This document shows positions 47,975 through 56,903 of a stretch of 64,000 nucleotides of DNA, in pieces (the first letter of the stretch is position 1; each line of letters opens with the position of its first letter). Origin of the DNA: a virus (taxonomy: Duplodnaviria > Caudoviricetes). Under the pieces are notes generated by a model. It was not told the DNA's origin. It searched no databases and worked only from the letters and a program-made list of their open reading frames with translations. A program made the position numbers and the translations under genes. The stretch spans positions 1,600-65,599 of IMG/VR virus record IMGVR_UViG_3300037041_001875; one strand, given 5' to 3'.

Positions 47975-48643
47975 ATGGGTTTAGGTGGTATATTACAAGA
48001 GCTGAAAACTGAAGGCGTTCTAGGCCTTTATCATGACTATAGATCGGGTAGATTGGTTGATTACTCGGGTAACAGTAACAATGGCACTGCTACAGCAGTC
48101 TCTTTTAGTAAGAAGGGTGCGGGTTTCTTAGGAACTGCCGGTAGAATTTTGGTTCCTTCTTCCGCTACGTTGCAAAGTGTTACGGGAACGTTAATTGGAT
48201 GCTACACCGTTTCAAACAATACACAACAAATCAGAATAATAAATAAACGCGGGTTAACTACACAAATAGACTACTTTCAAGCAAGTACAACAGTATTAGC
48301 ACTGTTTGATGGGGTAAATATTCCACAATTAACCGTTCCTAGAACTAATGGAAAAGTTTGTAATTCTGTTAGCTGGACAAGTGGCGGAACCCCTGTAGGA
48401 TACCAAAACGGTGTTTTGGTCGGTAACTACACTCTAACCCTATCACCAGTATTAAATAATACTGATGTCACTATAGGGAATCAAAACATAGGAATAGCTA
48501 ATGTATTATCAACTCAAATCTGCCACTATGCACTTATCATAAATCGTGTTCTCACGGCCACAGAGCATGCAAGGGTCTATGGCCAGCTAGAAAATATGAC
48601 TTGGAATACTAAGGGACTAACACCCGGACCTATGATGCCCTAA
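47975..48643 (+). CDS. LamG/concanavalin-like lectin protein
   Basis: DYSGNSNNGT, YQNG, IINRVLTATE. Confidence 0.8.
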   Translation: MGLGGILQELKTEGVLGLYHDYRSGRLVDYSGNSNNGTATAVSFSKKGAGFLGTAGRILVPSSATLQSVTGTLIGCYTVSNNTQQIRIINKRGLTTQIDYFQASTTVLALFDGVNIPQLTVPRTNGKVCNSVSWTSGGTPVGYQNGVLVGNYTLTLSPVLNNTDVTIGNQNIGIANVLSTQICHYALIINRVLTATEHARVYGQLENMTWNTKGLTPGPMMP

Positions 48644-48655
48644 TAGGAGTTTTGA

Positions 48656-49267
48656 ATGGGTTTAGGTGGTATACTACAACGATTGAAAACAGAGGGCGTG
48701 ATGCTTGTGTATCATGACCATCGCTCTGGTACGCTATACGACTACTCTGGTAACAGTCGGACGGGCTCTCCTAATTCTGCTAACTGTTTCAGTAAACAGG
48801 GCATGATCACTAAGGGCTATGTAACCGTGACTAATGATGCCACGTTACAAGCTGCCACAACGGGAACTTTGATAATTCGTCAGAGTGTTACACGGGCAGG
48901 ATCATCTTCTTATTTTGCTAAGAAGAATAATCAATTTCAATTCACTTATTCTGATGGACTGGATAGGTACGATTTATATGTTAATGGAACCTCTCGCACG
49001 CTAACTTCTACTAATTTAGTAGGCATGCACACGCACGCAGTGGAGTTTGATAATGCTGGCGGTACTCCAATAGGATACCTGAACGGCATATCAATCGGTA
49101 ACTACTCTGGCGTACTCACGTCTGTAGCAGATGCGGCTAACTTAACTTATGGCTCGGCTTCGAGCGACGTTGAACCGCAGACGTTAAGGTATTTCTTATG
49201 GATTTCTAGGAAACTAACGGCCGCGGAACATCAAGAGCTGTATCAACAATTGCAGGCATTATCATGA
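48656..49267 (+). CDS. LamG/concanavalin-like lectin protein (close paralogue of previous)
   Basis: MGLGGILQ.LKTEGV shared; DYSGN, YLNG, RKLTAAEH. Confidence 0.8.
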   Translation: MGLGGILQRLKTEGVMLVYHDHRSGTLYDYSGNSRTGSPNSANCFSKQGMITKGYVTVTNDATLQAATTGTLIIRQSVTRAGSSSYFAKKNNQFQFTYSDGLDRYDLYVNGTSRTLTSTNLVGMHTHAVEFDNAGGTPIGYLNGISIGNYSGVLTSVADAANLTYGSASSDVEPQTLRYFLWISRKLTAAEHQELYQQLQALS

Positions 49268-50667
49268 GTTGGCCAAATAAAGTTTATAGTAAATCAAGGT
49301 CTACAAGCATTGTTGATGTTAACGATCCAGCACTTATTATAAACATCGATGGTCAGATAGTTAAAAATACTTTGTTAGATCGTAAAGGTATTGCAGATTT
49401 AACAATAGTGGGAGGGGCATCTTCAATTAACAGTTTGAATGGTTATCTTACAAAAGGGTCTACAGGTTTAATAGCGTCTAATATTAATCCACTCGTGGCT
49501 TATCCACAAGCTATAAATACGTCTTTCACTGTATTATTGTTGGCAAAAAATATATTGCCTGCGGTGCAATGTTTTGCTTCCAGTGGTGTTAGTGCAATTC
49601 CTGCTGGATGGGCGGTGTATTATGACGGCGGTGCTAGCGTAATTTTACAAGTTCTAGTTGCTGGATCTGCTTGGCAATATGGTCAATTTCTTATAGTAGG
49701 TTCGGATTTAACTAAAACTTTTCGTTTTATTAGTTTAAAATTCGATGCGTCTATACCGACTCTCGGAGTATCTATTAACGGAAACCCTTATTTATTTTCA
49801 TATCTTCCCGGTTTTTATTCAGGTACCTTACCTAATGGTTTATATTTAGGAACTATAAACTCTGCCCCAAGTGTGAGTTCTGGAACAGGTTTAGGTAAGT
49901 TTTCAATACACTCGGGCGCCAAAACAGATGCTTGGGTAAGATCGCGGTGGGTAAAAGTAGCGCAAGCGGCCCAGTTGAAAACAGGGTGGGGAGCCAAGGT
50001 ATCCATCGCCAACGAAAACACGGTAGGGAATTTCGTCGGCAACGGCTCGACCCCCTTCGAGATTTTGTCCGGGACGTGGAAGACGAGCACGCAACTGGTC
50101 GACGGCGAGCTCCACAAGGTCGTTGAATGCGTGGCCGCTGGCACGGTCTGGCTTGACCGCCACTTCATGAACATCAACAGTTCCGAAGCCGCCTACGGGT
50201 CGTGGCGCCTATCCTACGGTCACGCCAAGGACACTGTGAACGTTGCCCATATCGGGCTGACCTCGACAAGTAAAGCGGCCTGGGACGGTGCGAGCAATAC
50301 CGGCTACGTCTTGCGCCTGTCTGCTACAGCGGCAGGCGATAAACTTCTCCGCTACAGTGGCAGCGGTGCGGCGAACCTTTGTTTCAATATGCCCAACAGT
50401 TCTGCCGTCACAAATCAGGTCCAGATAACTCGGCGATTTGACAATGTGTGGCAGGGTTATCAGACACCTAGCATCGTTGCGGCCGATGCGCTGGCCACAC
50501 CTCCATGGGCACCATCAACGGATGGGCCTTTTACCGATGCCACCTACACCACGTCGGCAGGCATGAGCTTCACGTTCAATCCAGGCGACTGGGTATCTTT
50601 GGGTAATGTGCGCGACAACTACTCGTTGACCAAATACCTCGGTGAATTCGATCCTCGGGAGGTTTGA
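49264..50667 (+). CDS. Two-domain lectin-like receptor-binding candidate
   Basis: LamG-like N-domain (SING) plus second beta-rich domain. Confidence 0.65.
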   Translation: MSWPNKVYSKSRSTSIVDVNDPALIINIDGQIVKNTLLDRKGIADLTIVGGASSINSLNGYLTKGSTGLIASNINPLVAYPQAINTSFTVLLLAKNILPAVQCFASSGVSAIPAGWAVYYDGGASVILQVLVAGSAWQYGQFLIVGSDLTKTFRFISLKFDASIPTLGVSINGNPYLFSYLPGFYSGTLPNGLYLGTINSAPSVSSGTGLGKFSIHSGAKTDAWVRSRWVKVAQAAQLKTGWGAKVSIANENTVGNFVGNGSTPFEILSGTWKTSTQLVDGELHKVVECVAAGTVWLDRHFMNINSSEAAYGSWRLSYGHAKDTVNVAHIGLTSTSKAAWDGASNTGYVLRLSATAAGDKLLRYSGSGAANLCFNMPNSSAVTNQVQITRRFDNVWQGYQTPSIVAADALATPPWAPSTDGPFTDATYTTSAGMSFTFNPGDWVSLGNVRDNYSLTKYLGEFDPREV

Positions 50668-50668
50668 C

Positions 50669-50854
50669 GTGAAGCTGAAGTGCCCACGGTTGCCGAAGGG
50701 AATCTCGAAGAAGACGCTCGCCGAGGGTGTGAAGGTCGAGCTCGAGCACACGGACGACCGACGAGCGGCGACCTGCATAGCGAAGGTGCACCTCCATGAA
50801 TGCCCGACCTACTACGCTCGCCTCGAGAAGCTCGAGAAGGCCTGCAAGAGATGA
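50669..50854 (+). CDS. DUF5661-like small protein
   Basis: G.KVELEHT...IA..HL.E.P.YY.RL. Confidence 0.72.
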   Translation: MKLKCPRLPKGISKKTLAEGVKVELEHTDDRRAATCIAKVHLHECPTYYARLEKLEKACKR

Positions 50855-51333
50855 ATATGGACCTCGGCAAGACCTACCGCGGCACGCCTGAAGCAAGCCT
50901 CTTGCAGGTGGTCATGGCCAGCCAAGAGCAGATCCGTTCCGAGATCAACAAGCTCGTCCAGGTCACGGCGGCGCAGGGCGCGAAGCTCGAGTCGTTCGAC
51001 AAGCGCTTCGACCTCTTTCAAGACTCGATTGCCAAGCTCTACGAGCACAACAATAATTGCCCGACCAAGACTCACTTGCAAGAGCTTCGCGGTGACGTGT
51101 CGGAGATTCGGGTTATGGTGAGTACACATGATCGCCAGCTTGCCGAAGAGCAGGGCTTCAAGGCCGGCCGGAAGATCAAGCCCACGCCCTGGGCAGGTCT
51201 CTCGAAGTACACAAGCTCGCCACCTGTGACCCTATCGTTGTCCATCAAAGATCCGAAGGTTTGGGGCAAGATCATTTTCTACACCGCTGTAGCAGCGGCC
51301 GCCGCGGCGAGCCTGTTTGCGCAGTACGCATGA
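50851..51333 (+). CDS. Coiled-coil protein with C-terminal TM
   Basis: Heptads then IIFYTAVAAAAAASLF. Confidence 0.65.
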   Translation: MNMDLGKTYRGTPEASLLQVVMASQEQIRSEINKLVQVTAAQGAKLESFDKRFDLFQDSIAKLYEHNNNCPTKTHLQELRGDVSEIRVMVSTHDRQLAEEQGFKAGRKIKPTPWAGLSKYTSSPPVTLSLSIKDPKVWGKIIFYTAVAAAAAASLFAQYA

Positions 51334-51559
51334 GGTGACGCATGGCCGATGAGAACATTCAGAATCGACCCAACAACATGCCGGTGTTCGGAGCTCTGGT
51401 GGGCATCATGGCCTTCTCAGCGTTCACGTATTTCATCATCCAGTGGATGGGATCGGGGATGACTCGTGACTACTAGCAATTGGGGCTTCAAAGATGCGTT
51501 GATTGTGGGCGGCGTTCTGGTGCTCTTCTTCTACGTCGCCAAGACGCGAGGGTGAGTCT

Positions 51560-51934
51560 ATGAAGCTCGACCAGTACATGGCAGAGCGCGGCTATCAGCA
51601 CCTCGTCGATGACTTCTTCATCGACGGTGTGAGGCAACCTGTTTTGCCCGATGAGGCGGTGCTGCTACCGCTCAGCAACTTGAAGGCGGACACCAACGCG
51701 ACGACCGTCTATGACCTGGCCCGAGCCGACTATGGCACCTTCGAGGGTCCGGTAGAGCTCTACGTTTGGCGACAGACCGATGGCTCTGAGCTCGAGTACG
51801 TCACGGTTGCTGGCCAGGCCTTCGAACGACTGCGGTTGTCGGCAACAGAGGCTCGAAACAAGGTTCGCACGCTTCTCCTATTCGCTAGCGGACTAGGATT
51901 GCTCGGCACGGGGATTTACCTCGGCAAAAGGTGA
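51560..51934 (+). CDS. Membrane protein (C-terminal TM)
   Basis: LLLFASGLGLLGTGIYLGKR. Confidence 0.6.
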   Translation: MKLDQYMAERGYQHLVDDFFIDGVRQPVLPDEAVLLPLSNLKADTNATTVYDLARADYGTFEGPVELYVWRQTDGSELEYVTVAGQAFERLRLSATEARNKVRTLLLFASGLGLLGTGIYLGKR

Positions 51935-51937
51935 GTC

Positions 51938-52108
51938 ATGACAGAAGACTCGAAGAAGAACCTTTGGGGCCTGTTGATAGCGGCCGTGGTGATCGGCGTG
52001 TACGAGTACTCACAAAATCGAAGTCGCCAGCTTCAGGAACGGGTCGACGAGTACGAGCGTCGGAAGGTCGAGCGTCAACGGTTTGAGGAACAACTGCCAA
52101 CAGCGTGA
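51938..52108 (+). CDS. 56-aa membrane protein (below ORF-track cutoff)
   Basis: MTEDSKKNLWGLLIAAVVIGVY... Confidence 0.55.
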   Translation: MTEDSKKNLWGLLIAAVVIGVYEYSQNRSRQLQERVDEYERRKVERQRFEEQLPTA

Positions 52109-52205
52109 TGAATAAATAGGATATATTCCCCCTATGGGCGTAAGCATAGCCGAGAGAAGAGTACGAGTCAAGGAAAAAATCGAGTTTGAAAGTGAAAAGA
52201 TGAGC

Positions 52206-52234
52206 TTGACGAGGCAAAACGATGATAGTAGACT
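52206..52234 (+). promoter_or_regulatory. Sigma70-type promoter followed by a ~200-nt structured leader
   Basis: TTGACG-17 bp-TAGACT. Confidence 0.55.
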
Positions 52235-52434
52235 CTCCCACGGGAAGGGTGTTGATAGGATCATCTGCTTGGATGAAGACCTCTCAACTCCCTGTTCTGC
52301 TATGGTAGAGTCGCTCTCCTCGTCTCTCCTCTCTGTCAAGTATCCGAAAAGTTTGGGCAATTACGCCCGCAAGGGTCTCGGGAAGGGTTTATCCTCACGA
52401 GCCCACAACGGCCCATTGGGCAATGAGGTTCATC

Positions 52435-52554
52435 ATGGCTAAGCGTCGTCGCGCTGCTCGCAAGTCCGGTTCCTGCAAGATCGTCACGATGAAGACCGGC
52501 CGTCGCTGCAAGTGCAAGGGCAAGTTTCGGAAGATGTCTTCCTGCAAGCGTTAG
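52435..52554 (+). CDS. 39-aa basic Cys-rich protamine-like protein
   Basis: MAKRRRAARKSGSCKIVTMKTGRRCKCKGKFRKMSSCKR; GAGG RBS. Confidence 0.65.
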   Translation: MAKRRRAARKSGSCKIVTMKTGRRCKCKGKFRKMSSCKR

Positions 52555-52717
52555 GATCGAGGCAGTCAATGGACCGAGAGCGCTCGCTGCTTGAGGCGTA
52601 TCTACAAGGAACGGCCGACCTCATCGTTTGGCTGTTTCCTGCTGTCGTCATGGGCATTGTAGTTGCCCTCGCGCAGCGAGCGCTTTTGGAACCGGCGAAA
52701 TCACGAGGAGAGATGAA

Positions 52718-53068
52718 ATGAATTTTGCGCAACTGGCAATCGCAGTTGTTACGGGCGCTGTTCCTCTCACGGCCAGCTTCTACACCTACGATCGGTTGGC
52801 GGGCTCGAGCTCGTTCAAGCGTTCGGTGTACTCGGCGCTTGCCGGCCTCGGTGCGGGTGTTGTCGCTTCTTTGGCGATGACGCAGCTCATCGGGGTGACC
52901 GCGGAAAATCCCGTCATGACCCTGAACAGATCGCGTAGCAGTGCGATTAGTGGTTTAGTCGATGCGTGGAACGTCAACATGATGCCACCACGTGGCGGAA
53001 TCCCGACGAACGTTTACTCCAAGATGCCCGAGACTGCCGAGGTCGGTAAGTCGTTCGGCGTCGTGTGA
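52718..53068 (+). CDS. Two-TM membrane protein
   Basis: Hydrophobic helices; AGGAG RBS. Confidence 0.6.
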   Translation: MNFAQLAIAVVTGAVPLTASFYTYDRLAGSSSFKRSVYSALAGLGAGVVASLAMTQLIGVTAENPVMTLNRSRSSAISGLVDAWNVNMMPPRGGIPTNVYSKMPETAEVGKSFGVV

Positions 53069-53391
53069 AAGGATCTGATCTCATGATGAAGCTACTCGGA
53101 TTCTTCATGGTCGCGCTTCCCGGCATCGCCGGATTCGCTGCCTATGGTGTGGCTCAGAACAAGGGCATGAACCCCCTCGCCAGTGCCGCTCTTGCCGGTG
53201 CTGCTTTCGCCGCGGCCGAAATCGGCGGCAACATGTTGTCTGGCAGTCTCGCGGGCCTCTCCATGGAGCACGTCGGCGCCATGATGCTGAACCCCCAACC
53301 ACAATCTTGGGCGGCTTTAGACGCGGCTCAGCGCGGCAACATGGGGTATCTATCCCCTGAGCGCATCGCCGCCTGCTACGGAACGTGTTGA
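53065..53391 (+). CDS. Two-TM membrane protein
   Basis: Hydrophobic helices. Confidence 0.6.
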   Translation: MKGSDLMMKLLGFFMVALPGIAGFAAYGVAQNKGMNPLASAALAGAAFAAAEIGGNMLSGSLAGLSMEHVGAMMLNPQPQSWAALDAAQRGNMGYLSPERIAACYGTC

Positions 53392-53392
53392 G

Positions 53393-53737
53393 ATGATTCG
53401 CTCGGCCTTCGTCAGAGCAGTCCCAGTGGTCAGCACTGTGGCCGCCGTGATCTACGCCAAGGAGCACAAGGGCTGGACGTGGGCCATTCCTGCTGGGATT
53501 GCTGCCCACTTTGCCAGCTCTTGGCTCGTTGGGCAGTTGCTTGGAGCTCTCGATGCCGTGCAAGCCATGCCCTTGAAGCCTGCCGAGGTCTCTGGCGGGG
53601 AAGTGAAGATCCCTGCGAGTGGGGCCTCGATGAGCTCGAGTAGTGTGGCCGGCGTTGGAGCTCTAGCGAAAACAACCGATGTGATCGACAAGAATGACAA
53701 CGTGATTCGGCTCCCCACGGCGATGGGCGAGCCTTGA
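53393..53737 (+). CDS. Membrane protein
   Basis: Hydrophobic helices. Confidence 0.6.
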   Translation: MIRSAFVRAVPVVSTVAAVIYAKEHKGWTWAIPAGIAAHFASSWLVGQLLGALDAVQAMPLKPAEVSGGEVKIPASGASMSSSSVAGVGALAKTTDVIDKNDNVIRLPTAMGEP

Positions 53738-53746
53738 AGGTGAACC

Positions 53747-53932
53747 ATGTCTCGAAATCTCCTTCTGTTCTTGGGCCTCGTTGCAGTGAGCGGCGGTGCA
53801 TTCTATCTCTACAAGAGCGGCAAGCTCGTGGGCATGCCTGGACAAATGTCTCAGGGAACGCCTATGCAGGAGTTCAAGCTCGCTAAGCGGTTGCCCATCC
53901 CTATGCCGACACTATCCGGTTACTATTGGTAA
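53747..53932 (+). CDS. Small N-anchored membrane protein
   Basis: LLLFLGLVAVSGGAFYLYK. Confidence 0.6.
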   Translation: MSRNLLLFLGLVAVSGGAFYLYKSGKLVGMPGQMSQGTPMQEFKLAKRLPIPMPTLSGYYW

Positions 53933-53963
53933 GTGAATGAGACTCCCGCCCACGAGGTGACAA

Positions 53964-56111
53964 ATGGCTTTAGATGCAAAAGAAGAAGTTGGAATCGCCG
54001 CGTTAGCCGCAGTCACCGTGGGCGGGTTTGTTTATTACTTATCTAAAAACTCTCCGGGTAACTCTGAAATACTCCAAGCTACAGTAACTAAAGATAAAAA
54101 GAATGTAGTCATTGTTAAATCTGTCCAAGAAATAAAGCCAAAAGATAAAGCTATCTTGGACTGGCAGTTTTCTGCGAAGGTAGCCACTTCAATATACAAG
54201 CCAACACTTCCGACATTTAAAGAGGTGTCTGGATTGTCAAACGAACCGCGCATGAATAGCGGTTTGCTGGGAAAACTTGTTTCAGCTTATTGGGCTTATT
54301 CGCAAACCAGATTATGGTACATGACTCATTGCAAGCAATATCATCCATTCGACGAAACCACGCAATGGTTAGCAAGAGATGCTTCCTATGGCGGTCACGA
54401 TATGAACAAAGCTCATTACAAAGAGCTCATGAAAACAGACCGTGGAACCTGGCCGGTAGGTGTTCCACGGGCCTTTCTCATGAACCGCTTCGAAGGAGAA
54501 AATCCTTCGAAGTTCAACCAATATCGGAGATACACTTCGTTAGATCAAACATTCCCTAATTGGTCCATGCCTTTTGGCGGATTCGACTGCGTTCGAACAC
54601 AAGCATCATTAAAACACTCAAATACTGCTAGTGGCGCGGGCTATAAAAATAGTTGTTGGACTTATTGTGGATGGAGAAGACCTTCGGGGGGGTCAACTTC
54701 CGGGTGTGTTCCTAAAATGTGTCCTAGACCTCTCCCAACAAGATGGTTTTCTCCAATTAATTGGGATATAAAAACAGAAAGAACTGCTGCTTATTTTACT
54801 TATAGAGAGCCTTTTGTTGTAGGAAAGATGTTTGATGGCCAAGTTGTAAGTAATCAGATTGTGGCGACAAGAGGCTATAAGTACCAAGACGGTGCATGGG
54901 AAGATGACAAGGCTTTTGCTGGTATAGTTGAGAAGTATACCTACAACGTTGGGGTTCCTGCAATAGGCGGCTATCCTGGTAGAATATGGGGAAAAATTTC
55001 GATTCCCGAAAGAATGAATGCTAGATACTTAATAAAAGTTCCTAAAGACTTCTCATCAAAATATTCTCTTGCGAACAAGGCAACTAAAGAAGATTCAAAA
55101 AACGTCGAAGATAAATTTATAAAAGAATTGCACCGATATTATCATAGAGGATACAATCTAGTTAATACCTGTTTGGATATTCTGATAGACCGCAAGCATT
55201 TTGATTTGGAGAAAGAGTTTCCAAAATTCGTTAAACATTGCAATTGGTGGTGGATATTCCCACCCAACAAGGCAATGTTAGCGACTATCAAAGATAAAGA
55301 TGGTGAGCTCGTCAGAATGGCGCGCTTTGCTGATATTGGCGGCGGCAATATGGGTCTTAGCGACGTGAAATCTGAATATTTAGTTGACTATGTTATGAAG
55401 CTAACTCCACCGCCGGGAACTATCCCGCCTTGGGAAGACAAAGGTCCGTTATGGTTATGGCCGAGTACGGCAGGACAAATGAGACTGACCGGTGCTCCGA
55501 CCATACCATATCAACCGGCCCCTGGTTCTTATATCACGGGTGGCAGTGACTATCTTAGAAGCGCGGAAACAAATGCTTGGAGTAGTTGGAATAATATGTT
55601 TGAGTACATGTTAACCACTTTAAATGAAGCTATCTATTCTTATGTAATGAAAGAAGCCGGCGGGGCTATTGGAGGATATGTTACCAAAACGGCCGCTGCA
55701 TGGGCAGAAAATGTAGGAATAGATATATTAGAGCAGCTTCAAGATAAGCTTGGAAGCTCTTTTGGTGGTGTAATGGAATTAGGTTCTAAGGTTGCGGCCT
55801 TTGCGGGCCTAGTAGAAAATATTGATATAGCAGACAGTCTAAATAAAACAATAAAGCAGTCTTTCGAGGGAACAGGTTTAAACGCATATGATCTGTTAAA
55901 AAAATATCTGAAGGGAGCCGTTGACGGGATGAATCCAGAGGATCTTCGCAGAGTCCGAAATATGTTAGACCTGGGAATGTCCGAGCTGCGTTCGTGGGGG
56001 TGGCATGATGATCTCATCGGAGAACTTGGTTCAGTAGGTAGTACCTACGGTGACAGAGGTATTAAAGCAATAAAGTCCAAATATGGGTACAACGTCCAGA
56101 AGTTTGGTTGA
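53964..56111 (+). CDS. Large N-anchored protein of unknown function (low GC)
   Basis: 715 aa; N-terminal TM, aromatic/Cys-rich core, helical C-terminus. Confidence 0.75.
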   Translation: MALDAKEEVGIAALAAVTVGGFVYYLSKNSPGNSEILQATVTKDKKNVVIVKSVQEIKPKDKAILDWQFSAKVATSIYKPTLPTFKEVSGLSNEPRMNSGLLGKLVSAYWAYSQTRLWYMTHCKQYHPFDETTQWLARDASYGGHDMNKAHYKELMKTDRGTWPVGVPRAFLMNRFEGENPSKFNQYRRYTSLDQTFPNWSMPFGGFDCVRTQASLKHSNTASGAGYKNSCWTYCGWRRPSGGSTSGCVPKMCPRPLPTRWFSPINWDIKTERTAAYFTYREPFVVGKMFDGQVVSNQIVATRGYKYQDGAWEDDKAFAGIVEKYTYNVGVPAIGGYPGRIWGKISIPERMNARYLIKVPKDFSSKYSLANKATKEDSKNVEDKFIKELHRYYHRGYNLVNTCLDILIDRKHFDLEKEFPKFVKHCNWWWIFPPNKAMLATIKDKDGELVRMARFADIGGGNMGLSDVKSEYLVDYVMKLTPPPGTIPPWEDKGPLWLWPSTAGQMRLTGAPTIPYQPAPGSYITGGSDYLRSAETNAWSSWNNMFEYMLTTLNEAIYSYVMKEAGGAIGGYVTKTAAAWAENVGIDILEQLQDKLGSSFGGVMELGSKVAAFAGLVENIDIADSLNKTIKQSFEGTGLNAYDLLKKYLKGAVDGMNPEDLRRVRNMLDLGMSELRSWGWHDDLIGELGSVGSTYGDRGIKAIKSKYGYNVQKFG

Positions 56112-56159
56112 TTCAAAACAGTAGCCAAACAAGGCTACCACAACTGTAAGAGGTACGTC

Positions 56160-56336
56160 ATGCCAAAGAAAAGAAGCAAAAGACAACCAGGCTACTACTG
56201 CGTCAACACCAAGGCCGCTACCCGTGGCAAGCGCTGCCTGCACAAGGCTGTCGGCGGCGCGGTGCGGTTCGTCAAGTCCGGCAACATCAAGTGCCCGAAG
56301 ACCTGCCGCTCCTACGCGAAGAAGCGTCACGGCTGA
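56160..56336 (+). CDS. 58-aa basic Cys-rich protein
   Basis: MPKKRSKR...KRCLHKAVGGAVRFVKS..KC; GAGG RBS. Confidence 0.65.
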   Translation: MPKKRSKRQPGYYCVNTKAATRGKRCLHKAVGGAVRFVKSGNIKCPKTCRSYAKKRHG

Positions 56337-56348
56337 TCGGAGGTTCCC

Positions 56349-56477
56349 ATGCCCTACAAGTGTGCACCCGTCAAGAACCGCAAGGGCAAGGTTGTCCGCA
56401 AGCAGTGCTACCACATGGTCAACGGCAGGCCCCGTTTCGTCAAAAATTCGACGAAAGGGTGTAGCTGTTCCCGCTGA
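56349..56477 (+). CDS. 42-aa basic Cys-rich protein, paralogue of previous
   Basis: KQCYHMVNGRPRFVKNS..GC; GGAGG RBS. Confidence 0.65.
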   Translation: MPYKCAPVKNRKGKVVRKQCYHMVNGRPRFVKNSTKGCSCSR

Positions 56478-56546
56478 TTTTCACTTTATAGACGTTGACG
56501 CCTACATCCTTCACGGGGTAAGCTCCCCGCAGGAGGAGCGTAGCAT

Positions 56547-56903
56547 ATGTCTATAAATTCATGCCGGCCCAACGTACTCAAGATGACCGCAGGCCAGGCG
56601 AAGAAATTCCTCGAGGCCCAAGACAAACCAACGCTCGTCCAGTTCGCCGCAGATTGGTGCGAGTTCTGCGAAGCCTCGAAGCCGGAAGTCGAAGCGGCCT
56701 CGGCGGCACTGTGTGATCGAGCCCGAGTGGTCCGCGTGAACGTCGATAAAGCTCCCCAGCTCGCGGACAAGTTTGGCGTGAACGCTCTCCCCGATTTCGT
56801 GGTCATGCACCGCGGCAAAGTCGTGGCGCGCATCAAAGGCTATGCGGACCGGAAAACGTTGCTACGAGCGGTTTCTAAGGCCTTGCAGGCGAGGAAACAC
56901 TAA
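56547..56903 (+). CDS. trxA: Thioredoxin
   Basis: VQFAADWCEFC, VNVD, FGVNALP. Confidence 0.9.
   Translation: MSINSCRPNVLKMTAGQAKKFLEAQDKPTLVQFAADWCEFCEASKPEVEAASAALCDRARVVRVNVDKAPQLADKFGVNALPDFVVMHRGKVVARIKGYADRKTLLRAVSKALQARKH

Noticed and set aside
45282-50667. Diversity-generating retroelement acting on the lectin genes
   Set aside because: No reverse transcriptase and no adenine-specific TR/VR pair seen; paralogues are diverged throughout
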